Positions 26,966 to 40,000 of a stretch of DNA of 64,000 nt are shown piece after piece. Position 1 is the first letter of the stretch, and each line of letters starts with the position of its first letter. This DNA is from Bugula neritina (Eukaryota > Animalia > Bryozoa). Below the pieces are notes generated by a model. That model saw nothing but the letters and a program-made list of their open reading frames with translations, made no database searches and was not told where the DNA came from. The translations under genes were made by a program, and so were the position numbers. Location: assembly GCA_964035545.1 (NCBI GenBank), contig OZ037767.1, positions 3,922,707-3,986,706 of the forward strand. Direction: 5' to 3'.

Positions 26966-27733
26966 AGGATTGCTCTATCTTAGTTTATTACAATCACATT
27001 ATAATTATGAACTATAATCTAATGTGTATGCAAACAATTGTGACTTTGCAAAGGGATATGTGCCTAGAAAACAGCTTTTCAAAATTCCAATTTTGAGGGA
27101 GGTAAAATTTTCAGCCATGAAAAAGAATAGCCTAATACGTGACGTGTGAACGCCAGTAACTATGCTGCACGTGCTAACAATAACGCTAGTATTCAAGGTT
27201 GCTGAGCGAAACATCAACCAATAACGCTCAAGCAGTTACAGTGTGCTATATAGGTCAGCTTTGGTGCGCCCGTAATATTGCACAATCTGACCTAGTTTAG
27301 ATCGATCGCAGGCATTCATCCTAAAGAATGCATGTTTTTGCAATGCTTTTTTCTATGTTTACAAGCAAAATATGGCCTAATGTTATCACATACATGTTAT
27401 TTAACATGTCAAAAAACTATAGATTGAGATAATTCACATTTGCACTTCTATAAATATACAAATTACGAGCTGAAAGATCACATCTCACAGTCATATTTCT
27501 ATAGTTATTCATTTGTATAGTCACGTGACCAGCAGGAATGCTGGCGCTGTTACGTCACACTTCCCAGCTCATTTCAAAATCGGCGTTTTGGCTGTTACCA
27601 ATCTACACCCTCAACTTCAACTAACTTTTTCTACCTTTGGTCAAATGCTTTTTGTCAATGCATGCTTAGAAAAACACAATATTATGTGTGTTTGACCTAA
27701 ATGGCCATTTATTAGACAAGATAGAGCAATCCT
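26966..27733. mobile_element. Non-autonomous DNA transposon with TTAA target duplication (Kolobok-like)
   Basis: TTAA|AGGATTGCTCTATCTT (26962-26981) and AAGATAGAGCAATCCT|TTAA (27718-27737): perfect 16-bp TIRs. AG..CT termini with a TTAA TSD fit Kolobok better than piggyBac, which ends CC..GG. Confidence 0.8.
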
Positions 27734-28070
27734 TTAAGCAATAACTCTAAGGTCAAACAAGCTTCTTCACCTTTAGCAAGTTTCAAGGTCATCTTTATTT
27801 TCTGAAAGCTTATCAATACGCATTATATAAAAATTAAAATTAGCCTCTAAAATATTTTAAGCAAATACGCAGCATATTCCTATCACTACTTGTCCAGATT
27901 TCGAACTCAACCTCAAACTAAACTGTGTTTACATAATTTATTTATTATTTAAAATTGCCTGGCAACTTGAAAGATAAGATTTCTCAAGCTACACTACGTT
28001 GGTGAGAAGATAAGTAGAGTTATTTGATGGAAGGTGCTTGCTTGCTGTAGAAAGGCACCCTACTCTCAAA

Positions 28071-31000
28071 ATGAAGCTGATTTTACTCGTAACTTTGGCT
28101 GCAGTTCTGATTGCTTCAGGTTACTCTTTGGTGAGAATTTTACTCGATTAACATGCGAATTAGTATTTTTGAAATGATGCTTTATTTGAAATTATTGCTT
28201 TTAGCAAGCTGACATTAAAAATTTCATTAATAGCATCTTGTATTAAATTTCTGGTATTGCATAATATATATTAAATTTCTGGTGTTGAGTAATTTGTATT
28301 AAGTTTCTATGCCTGATTATCAAAGTGAAATAAATTTTAAAAAACTAGTTTTTGAAAATTAAGTTTAATTGAAAAGCTATTATTTTAAATATTTAGTACA
28401 ATTTGTTAAAAGTAAGGTCTTTTTGCTCCACTTTTTATAAGCAAGGTAAACTTAGTTGTGCTAAATGTCTCGAGTAAACATATAGTAGCTTATTTAAAAT
28501 CTTATAGCTGGAAATAATGTACTACATTGCAAAAAAATAACAATTATGATTGTCATACAAATTAACCAAAACAATAAGTTCATACTTGCATTTATTATAA
28601 AAATATTTTTGAATTAAAATCCTAGAACTGCTCTCTTTGTATGTCTAAAAAACATTTTGTGATTATGATTAAAATCAAATACTTACTGAAGGCAAAATGC
28701 AAAATATATTACAGCATTTTTTTGCAGTATACTCTAACTTTTATACCCCCTTTGCTTAAAAATAATTTATAAAAATAAAACATTGGTAGAAAAATTCAAT
28801 GGCATATATTTTAATATTACATTCTCTATATTCTACTGAAATCAAAATTTGGAGCTTTGAATTATCAAGAGTTTAAGAAAAGATTTTGTAGTAAAACATC
28901 TAGCTAGTAAAAAAATTGTAGGCATTTTTATTTTTTAATGAATACAATTTTTCATAATATATTTAAATATATATGGTTAATTAGCTAGGGTTTACATAAA
29001 ATTATATTGCATAATATGCATACTTATTTTAAATAATTTAAAAATTATTTAACTTCAACTTATAATCTTTGCACATGGTACATGCATGTAGAACTGTGTG
29101 AATATAAGTTAATTGCTAAATGAATCTCAATGAAATTGAAAATAATACCTTATTTTTAAGAACAAGACTCCCTATTTTAATGCATATTATTAGCTATACA
29201 ACACACACCTATATAATATTTTATTCTTAGGATTCTGAAGAACTGGGCGAAGATGAATCGACAGCTCTGATACGAGAAAAGCGATCAAAGCATCATCATT
29301 ACGGTCATGAAAGTAAATATCACACAAGTCTTGCAGGAAAACAAGTTTTAACCATAATTTCTATGATGCACAAACTGCTATAAACGCTGTTGATAGTGTT
29401 CACTTTTTAGTTTTTAGCTTTTTATGTAAACATATGCAAACACACAGTTTTAATGGAATGTTATTACAGCCTAATTAGCTGCTTGTCCAACTCCAATTTC
29501 CCACCTAGATGGCAGTAGTCGAATAGCCATTTATAGGAGAGAAATTAGAATTGAGCAACCAGCAAAGTAGGCTGTAATAACATTTCATTCAAACAATTTC
29601 TGCTCTTCAACTCTAATGGTGTTTTTATATACAGAGGTTTTGACAAATCTCCGATAGCTATTACCTGCTCAAAATCATTCTTATATATTCTGCATATTTT
29701 TTACATATTATGATATGTTTTAGAATGTAAACATGATTGTCATCACCATGGCGACTGCTTGGAAACTGGATCTAGTTCAAAGTACAAGTGAGTACAATCC
29801 CAATTAATGCCATGAGTACCCATAGTGGGTTGCAAACATTTCTCTGTGTTTTTTTCTCATTTTGTTTTATTATAGTCTGCCTCTCTGTAAAAGCCTTTTC
29901 TAGTTTGTTAAAGGACTGCGCATGTTGTAACAGAATAGCGATTGTGATTCGATTTTCTTTCTGGCGCAATAAATAGTATTGCAAAGATTTCAAACTATAA
30001 CCTAGACTCTAGCGCTTGCTATATGTCTGCAGTGCTTTCACTGCTACCATGGCTGCTGAAATACTTCCTTAAGTGTATTATTCTCTAGCTAATAAATTTG
30101 TGCAATTACTTTTACCAACATTTATTTATAAGCTAATGATGCACAATAAAAATGTTATAACTCACGCAGGTTTATAGTCGCCATCCCTAGAGAAACCCCT
30201 GATGGAAGGGGTTTGTTTGTTAAGTCGGACTAAGAACTTGTTTCAGATGGCCGACACAAGAGCAATTATGACTGGATGCTCTTCCTTACATCACCAATGG
30301 CCTTTGTTGGGTCTCGAACCCGTAACTTCGTTTTTACTAGACAAGTGCTATAACCCCTAGACCACGGCTGCTCCCCACAATAAGGTTATATTATAAGTTA
30401 TTCAACACAACAGAAATATCTAGGACTATATGCAATATTGAGATATACTACAGCAACTATGTAGCAAGTCTTCTTTATCTACTTGAACGTTCTCGTCAGT
30501 TGTTGTATCATTTTAAAATAACTTTATTTGCTTAGAGGGAGGTATTGCAATAGAAAGTTACTGCAAGATAATGTTGTTTGTTAACACAGCCTACGCATAA
30601 TATATCACATTTTTATCTTTACATGTGTGCGTTGTGACGTATAACACACACTGATACACATAAAACTCTTCATTTTAATGCACGAGTAAATTTTCAACTC
30701 TCCCATTATTAAATCGTCACACCTAAATCTAAAATTAGCCTGTTTTTATCAGTTTCCAGCCTTTAGACTTGGTTCTATGAATATTTCAGAGGAAAGTATG
30801 ACAAGTACAAGTATTATCAATGTAAATGCTATGACGGGTATGGGGGTGACCACTGCCAGCACAAGGCTAAGAGCGTCTGCTACAGAGTCAACTGCAAAAA
30901 TGGTGGCAGACCAGAGGCCCAGGGATCTAAATGTGTCTGTGGTGAGTGCATTGTTATATAATATAGTTACATAATGTAGCAATAATTATATAACACAATA

Positions 31001-34000
31001 ATGTGGTGACTATATATAACGCAATATGTTATATAATTTAGTAACAATATTATATTAATTATGTAACTCGATAATATAACAATTACACAATGCAATAATA
31101 AAGTGATTATAATTTTACAACAGTGTAATGTAGGCTTTATATAGCCACAAAAATGTAATAATTGTAAGGCATATTGTAATACACACACATAAGCAATAAA
31201 ATACAGTCCATATAGTAATATTATTATTTTAAAACTAAGTTACAATGAGTTTAGTAAAGCATAAGAACTTCATTGACAGAATACATAATTTTAGTTTTGG
31301 TATTTCAGTTTGTCCGGATGGGTTCGGAGGCAATGACTGTAACATAAACTACTGTGCCAACAACATCTGTGGTAAATATGGTACCTGCACCAAGAAACCA
31401 GTTAGCCAGGGTTCTTACTCATGTTCCTGCCAGACAGGGTACACTGGTAAAAACTGCAACACCCGAACATGTGCAGGTTAGTAGTTGAAACTTGGGCAAT
31501 TATATTTATACTGCATAGAGATATTATAATCCCAAATTATAACAGTTATTTTCTAATTCAATGATATTTATTTAATATTATATGAAAGTAGTAACTTGGC
31601 CACACCTACTCGCAGCTACAGAGAATGTGATGTAACTTCCTCAATACACTTCTATGTCTTTGCACAGGATGATACAATTACTGAATTTAGCTAAAATAAT
31701 GTACAGTATGGAAGATAGTTCTAAAAAGTTATTCCAACTTTTGAGTTGATGGGCACATTTGTGAGTCATACTGGATTAATGAAAATAAAACTTAATAGCG
31801 ATGCTTTTGCTGCAGGAAAGAGATGTGGTTCTGGAACGTGCAAGATCAACCCCACAACAAACCAGGCCTATTGTGCCTGTCCACATGGGTGGTCTGGAAA
31901 CCGATGTCAGAAATCTCCATGTGCTACTAGTATGTGAAGCTCAAGATTTATTAAATATTTTAAAAATATCCTTGTTATAATAATTATGTTGTTTTTTACG
32001 CTTCTTAATATTAAAATAGTAATTAAATTTAAAATTAAAAATGAAAATTCAGATTTGAATATTATATTGTTATACATTATACAAGGCCAATGCATATGAA
32101 ATTGATATATTAAACCAATTGAATTTTGGTAAAGTTTGTTCGCCTGCTATTGCTATGTGTAATGATGAATAAAGTAAACATTGTATAAAAACTCCAGCAC
32201 AATCTACTGCATGTATTTCTACAGATCCACCAGTTTGTGTGCATGGCTCCCTGAAATTGTCAACAGATAAGAGAAGCTGTTACTGTGGTAAGTGTTTAAG
32301 ACTATCTTTTGACTATGTGGTAAAATTAGGAGGCTTAAAGGAAATACCAAATTATATTATATTATATATTATATCATATGTTACCATACCGCACAATTAT
32401 ATTTAATTTACCATATTATATACCTATCATATTGTTACATAATATATTGTCATATCATGTCATAATATTTATTATTTCCTATAATACCATATAATAGTAT
32501 AATATTTATTACATCATATAATACCACACCATTTTAAAGTCTATATTCTACGTTACCACATAACACTATAAATTTGATTTTATTAGAATTGGCCTTCACT
32601 TAAGAAAGGTAAAGCAGTAATTATGTTCTACCAATGCATATGATTATACCAATTCAGCAATTAGAGACATCTTGTAGAATGTGACAGCACCAAGTGGACT
32701 GGAGCAAAGTGTCATCTGCCAGCACTGAGTTGTAAACCAAATTCCTGCAGCTACAAGGGCAGTTGTCAGGAGACCCTCACCGGAAAGGGCTACAAGTGCA
32801 ATTGTCTACCAGGCTACAGTGGTGTAGATTGCTCCAACACCATCTGCAACAGTAAGTTATTTATTTGCTATAGAATAATTTATAAATTGGCAAACATGTT
32901 GAATTTTCATTAATATCTCATCTAGAAATCTCACTGCTGCTCCGGGTTCAAACTCAATAATTAAAGTTAGATACAAGATTGCTGGATAAATTTAAAAATA
33001 TATTTGAACAATTAAATTTTGTGATTTTCAAAATTGGCCTGGTAAAGCCTCCTTGCTGCACATTTCAAACTAAGAGATATAAACTGTAAATTATAACATA
33101 TAAGGTTTTTAGCACGGTACATACAGGGGAGGTAATGCCCATCATTTTAACTATATAAAACCTACTGATAAACAGCAAAGAGCCGCAAGTTTCTTAGTTG
33201 TAATCTAAAATCAAGAAGCCATGGCTTAAATATTATATAAGCAAAAATGTTATGCTAAAAGTTCCCCTCTAAATATGAACATACAGATTATGTGACATAT
33301 AGAGGTTAGAACCATTATGTATGTGTTCTGTTTCAGCCCACAAGTGCTACAACAATGGTCTCTGTCAGATAGATAAGAATGGTTTGCCTCAATGTGTCTG
33401 CCCAGCCGGCTATACTGGACAAAACTGCGAGTTTGATAGGTGCAGGGGTAAGTGGAGATAAATCTGATTTAGTCAATTGATTGACTTTAATAATATATAT
33501 CGTTTAATATTATGCATTATGGTAAATTGCTTATTAATCATTGTTATCATTATAATCATATTAATTAATAAATGATGATGAAGTAACAACAATTATGAAT
33601 TATTATTGATTCAATTTTATTTATTAAAACATATTAAATAACGTTTGAAATCAACTATATAGGCAGTAGATTTCGGTTGACTAAACAATGATAATAATAC
33701 ATTAGACTATGTATCATTTTGTTGCACAATTTATTTCTTGATGGTACGTGGTTGTTCAACCTGCTTATATCTGTTTAGGAGTCAACTGTGGAAATAAGGG
33801 TACATGCCAAACCGACCCAACAAAGGCTCTGTGCAAATGTTCCCCGGGCTATTCAGGAAAATTCTGCCAGACCAGCGTGTGTGATTCTAATACTTGCAGT
33901 GGGCAAGGAGTGTGCAGGGTCAGCAGCCGAGGTCAAGGTCAATGCTAGTGAGTAATAAAACTCATTGTTCTCACTGTAAATAGTATGCATTTGGAGATCA

Positions 34001-37000
34001 AATAAATTACTTGTATCTAAAATAATATGTGAGTGGTAAAAACGAATTATTTCACTCTAAATAAGCATCTGTTGCTGAAATAAACTAGTTTTATCTGAAC
34101 TTCAATATGCAATTGCTAATTGCCAAGTGCATTAAATAGCCAACTGCCAATTGCTAATAGCTATTTGCCAGTTGCTAATAGCCAATTGCCAATTGCTAAT
34201 AGCCAAGTTTCGATAAACACCTAAACATAACTGGGAGCCAAAGAGAGTCGGTTTTTGAAGCTGCACGTATATTCTAGCTACATGAACCTGTAAACCCTCA
34301 AATATGAAAATATCTGAACACATTGTTTCACCATCACTCTCACAATTAATAATAATATTTTACTTCTCTTTGCATATCGTATGAAAAAAGTTTGTTTTGG
34401 TTTAAAAGCTAAAAAAATTTAATTTTTTAAGCGTATTCAAAAGCATTGAACACATTGGAAGACTGTATTGAATTTTTCAGCTGCAACAATGGCTACAGTG
34501 GAGGAAAATGTGAAAGGGATCCATGTTACAATGAGTTCTGCAGTGGCAGAGGAAAATGTATCGTAACTCTTGATGGTAGAAAGATTTGCGAGTGTCGACC
34601 TGGATATATTGGGGACCTCTGTCAGACTTCAACCAATCAGTGTCAAGCTAACAACTGCGGACAGAACTCTATTATGTGTATGATGAAAAACGGTGTTGAA
34701 ACCTGCATTTGTAAACCAGGTGGGTGTGGAAGCTTTAGGATATGAATTGCAAACACTTTTTAATATGTGTTTGAATAAAAAGGGTACATATCCTTTCATA
34801 AATTATTCTTGATCATAATTTTTATTTTAATTGTTTGGCAAAAGCATTTGAAAGAACAATAAACAAACCAAAAATGACTCAAAGACAAATTCGATAGCCA
34901 ATTTTTTTAGTTCTAGCTACAAATAGCTTACAACTGCCACTTTTTTGTTTCTCAACACATAATAAGGCTATAAAGCTGTATTTGTATATACAATCTTGCT
35001 GCCTTCTAGTTCAGTTTAGTTCATTGTGGTCAGCTTTAATGACTTGTGCTGGTGTTTTCTGCTATTAATTCAAAGACAACTAAAGCTTCAGTTAAACACA
35101 TAAAATTTGTCACTAAAATTTTATTTACAATACCACCAGCTGTTGAAAAGCTGTTCATTGGGGTCTACTAAACGTTATATGCAGCTTCCATACTGCCGTC
35201 AGACCGATACAATTTTCAAGAGGCGATAACTTTTCAACTTTTAGCTCATGAATGTAATGGAAATTAATAACCGAACAATCAATAAAAGTAAGTTATTAGT
35301 GTATTTCAACTATATATTTTGTTAATATAAAAAGTGGCTGTGCAGTGAAAAGACTGTATTATTTTTGTTATTGCAGGTTTCTATGGAGACAGATGTGAAA
35401 AACACCAGTGCTCACCCAACCAGTGCATGAATGGAGACTGTGTGATAATAGCGCCGTATTGGGGAGATCCTAAGTGTAAGTGCTGGGACGGTTTTACTGG
35501 AGAATACTGCGACATTTGTGACATGGGCAACAACTACTGCCTCAATGGTGGCACTTGTACAGCCATGGTATTTAGAGAGAGGTACTGTGACTGTCCAGCC
35601 GGCACAACTGGAGACAGGTCAGTTATTGGTTTATACCTGATAAGTAGTATATTCATGTAAGGAAGATGATCATGTCATTAAATAGTTTACAGGCAATCTA
35701 AGTTCTAAAGCCTGTTTTAATTGCATGCATGATCATGCCTCAAATAGCTATATTGCAAGTTAAAGTTTGATCTTTGAATATTATAAAGTGTAAAACTGTT
35801 CCTTAAATATAATTGGTTTAATTTAAATAGAATACTAAAACATTGTAGAGACCCTGTGATTATCAAATTGTTAGCTTATATTTATGTAGATAGTTTGGTA
35901 GTAATGAGTTATTCAATTTTTAGCTCAAATAAAACATTTTTGCAGTCATTTCAGTACGACTGCCTATTTCTTTGATGTAGATGTGAAAAGAGATTAGCTG
36001 TTCCATGTGGGGCCAACAGATGCGAAAATGATGCTACCTGTGACCAAAGCTCACTGACTTGCATTTGCAAGATGGGATACTTTGGTCCAAACTGCAACCA
36101 GCAGCACTGCGATCCAATCTTGAACAAGTGCAATGGCAAGTGGAATAACAACACACTTTGTTCTTTTAAAAAATAATATTTAATGAGGAACAAATATGAA
36201 CTGCAATTTATATCATTTATAAGCTCACTAAGCTAACTTTATTGGGTGCTTGTAGGTGGTATTTGTGAGCCATCGTCATCATCTCCAGGTTACAAGTGTT
36301 CCAGTTGCAAAGCTGGGTGGTCTGGTCAGTTCTGCCATATTAGTCCCTGTGCCAGTAGTCCATGCAATAATGGCGGAACATGCTCACTAACAGGAAATGC
36401 TGTTAAACCGTACACTTGCTCGTGTCCTGATGGCTACTCGGGCCAGAGGTGTCAAGTGTCTGTCTGTGACAACTACAACTGTAATGGAGGCTTGTGTCAG
36501 GTGTACGTGGGAGGAGTCCCAGTCTGTACAAATTGCCCAACCAACTTCAAAGGGTCTCACTGCCAGACTCAGATATGCCCTGATGGTTTTTGTGGTAGTA
36601 ACGGCTGGTGCACCCCTAAAAATGGCATACCAAGTTGCAGCTGTAAAAATGGCTTTAAAGGAATCCTGTGTGATGAAGCTGTTTGCAAGCCATCTGCTTG
36701 TATGAATGGAGGCACGTGCTCGGCAGTGAATGGAAGTCCAAAATGTAGTTGCCCTCAAGGGTTTTCCGGAGACAAGTGTGAACGAGATGCCTGCTACACC
36801 TTCAGTTGCTTGAATGGAGGCACGTGCATCCTAGAGTCTAAAACCGAAGCTATATGTAATTGTCCTATGGAATATGCCGGAACTCACTGTGAAACTCCCG
36901 TATGTCAACCCGGTTATTGCACAGCAAATGGCAAGTGCGTAGCTGTTCTTGGAGGCGGATATAGATGCGATTGTAACAAAGGGTTTGCAGGAATACGATG

Positions 37001-40000
37001 TGAAACTGATTTATGCTCACAGAAACCATGTCTGAATGGCGGAGTGTGTCAAGCTACAAATGGAGGCTACGAATGTTCGTGTCCAGAAGGGTTTGAGGGA
37101 ACATATTGTGAGGTGAGCTATCGATAACTGAGCCAAGAAATATTTATGAGTATGACTAAAACAAAAAAAGTTTCCAATGGCAACACTGTAATTTCTTGTT
37201 AAGATAAATTATTGATTTTTTTGTGATTTGCAAACAAAAAAAAATTATTTTTTTTAATTGTCTAGTGCTTTAATATAAAAAATAAAATATTTGAGCCAAC
37301 TGAACTATAGTCTTGTTGCTGAAAGAGAAGTTTACTGAATTGCTAAGAGATATTTAACACTGTGTATGCCTGTGACAGGTTGATTTGTGTGGATGTGTCA
37401 ATGGTGGCGACTGCAGACAAACTACACAGGGAAACTATGAATGTGATTGTCCAATAGGATACAGCGGTGCAAAATGTGAATATGATGTCTGTCGAGGACG
37501 CTATACTTGTCAAAATGGAGCCACTTGTAATAGACTAGACGCCAATTCTTTCAGTTGTCAATGTGCTCCAGGGTAGGTCTGAATCTCTACATGTAGGCTG
37601 TAGTTAGGGAGGGGGGCAGATAGATACAAACAGATTATAAGTGTTGAATATATTTGTGAAAAAAGAAGAATGCAATAAAATGGTTCACTTTGCAATGGCA
37701 GCAAAGCTTTATTAACTAATTAATTATAAAACACAAACACAATGCCACTGCAGCTAGACCCAATTCCAGAATTTCTCCAATAAACAATATTTCCCTAGAA
37801 ACTGTAACATCAAGTGTTAATGAGTTACATAAAGCTTCATTTGGCTCTAACATATGTGAAATTGCACTCAAAATCAAAATGCAGAGCATATATTTAAAAC
37901 AATAAGCTCCTTTTAAAGCATGCATTAGAGATGATAGTTGAACCATGGGTATTGACATACATTGAACCTATACCACTCAATCATTTAAGTTATACTGTAA
38001 TTTTTATAGATACACTGGCTTCTTCTGTGATTCGAAAGTGTGCGATTTAAAACCTTGTCTCAACAATGGCGTCTGCAGAGAAAATTTGACTGTTGGAGAA
38101 TATTACACTTGTGCATGTCAGGACAACTTCTATGGAGATCAGTGTCAACATGATCCGTGCAGTGGTAATCTTTGTAAGAATGGAGCTTCCTGTCAGAGAT
38201 TGGCCAATAAAGGGTAACTATAGGAACTTCACTCAGGAGTGACTCTTGTTATTAACTGTTAGTTTCAACTTATATAGTAAATAACATAGAATAAATTTGA
38301 TAAGAAGTTACCACTGCATTTAAGACAAACTAATTACTTTGAAAAAATGGTAAACAGAAATTTCAAGCTAATGTACTAGTGATTAGCAGAGCTTTAAATA
38401 ATGAATATATTTTATAATCTATGAGCAGAAACTATTCAGATAAATCATGATAGTGTATCTTTTTGTAGATATCAGTGTGCCTGTCCTGCTGGATATTCTG
38501 GCAGATACTGTGAAGTCAATCACTGCTCTAACTCCCCGTGCATACAAGGTACATGCGTACCGACTGCTACGAGCTACCGATGTGATTGCTATTCTGGGTA
38601 CACAGGAAGTCGCTGTGAGATAGACGTCTGCTTGCCTAGTCCTTGCGTGAGAGGAATCTGTGTGAGACAAAATGGTGGACAGTTTGTGTGCCAGTGTCCT
38701 GCAGGTATAACTGTGATAGTAGATTTGAGACTATAACCATGGACAAACAGATTTCTAATGTATGCATTGAATCAATGACTTTGATGCAATACTATAAAGA
38801 ATATAGATTATAACAAGCATTTTTGACTATCAATATTTGCATGTCACATGATACCATTTACCTGTCATATCACATAACTTACCTGTCACAAGATGTCATT
38901 GATTTGTCACATGACGTATTTGCTTGCATAGCGTTGGTTGAATTTTGAAAGACAGTTAGTTTACCACTGCCCAATGTATGGTATAGCCTTAAACATGCAT
39001 TTTATTGACAGCTTCTTGAAAGATTATGTTTGTCATTGACTAATTTAATTGCGTAGGCATTACCACCCTCACCTCTCATACCATCATTGATGTTTCTAAT
39101 TTCAGGTTATACTGGGCAGTTCTGTGAGAGAAACATAGATGACTGTACGCCAAATTTGTGCCAGAATGGTGGGAAATGCGTGGACTTGGTAGATGACTAC
39201 AGATGTAACTGTTTGTCCGGGTGGAGTGGAAAGAGGTGTGACATCTCATACTGTGCTTCTAGACCCTGTGACAACGGAGGCACGTGCTCTCCAGCCACCA
39301 ATGCCTTAGGCTACCAGTGTGACTGTCCGCCAGGCTTCAAAGGAGTCAACTGTGAACGAGATGCGTGTAAACCAAACCAGTGTGCACACGGCACATGCAT
39401 GTGAGTAACGGTTTCATCTGTAACCATTCCAACTCACCGCATGCCTGATTTTTACCTCCAAAAGTTTCAGCATAACTCTTTCCATCAGTTTGAAGTTTTA
39501 ATATTTTGCATAGGATGGTTCTCATTTGCTGCCATTAGTTTATCTGTCACACTGCAAGTTGTCAGTATAAAAACCAGTAATGTGTTAAAGAAATAGTTGT
39601 TTGATATCTGTGGTGATATTTTTTTGTCCTTGCACTTGCTTAAATTTTTTGCAATATTTAGTGTTAAAACGCATACTCATGCAATATGAGTTTTTATGCT
39701 GATTCTTGTTTTATATAATAATCAAGATAAAATTCAACTTGTCCCACACACATACACAAAGCTGGAATGCTTTCACTGTAGCAAGAAGTTGTTTCTTTAC
39801 AGAAGGCAAGCAGGGGGAGCATTCAGCTGCGCATGTTACCCTGGATACACAAACTATCTTTGTGATGCTATTGTTGACTACTGCCTGTCCGCACCTTGCA
39901 AGGCTCAAGGCAGATGTGAGGCTGTATTGAATGACTACATCTGTCACTGTCCTATTGGGTGAGCGGTCGTACTCTTTTGTAGCGTAAATTTTTAGATTAG

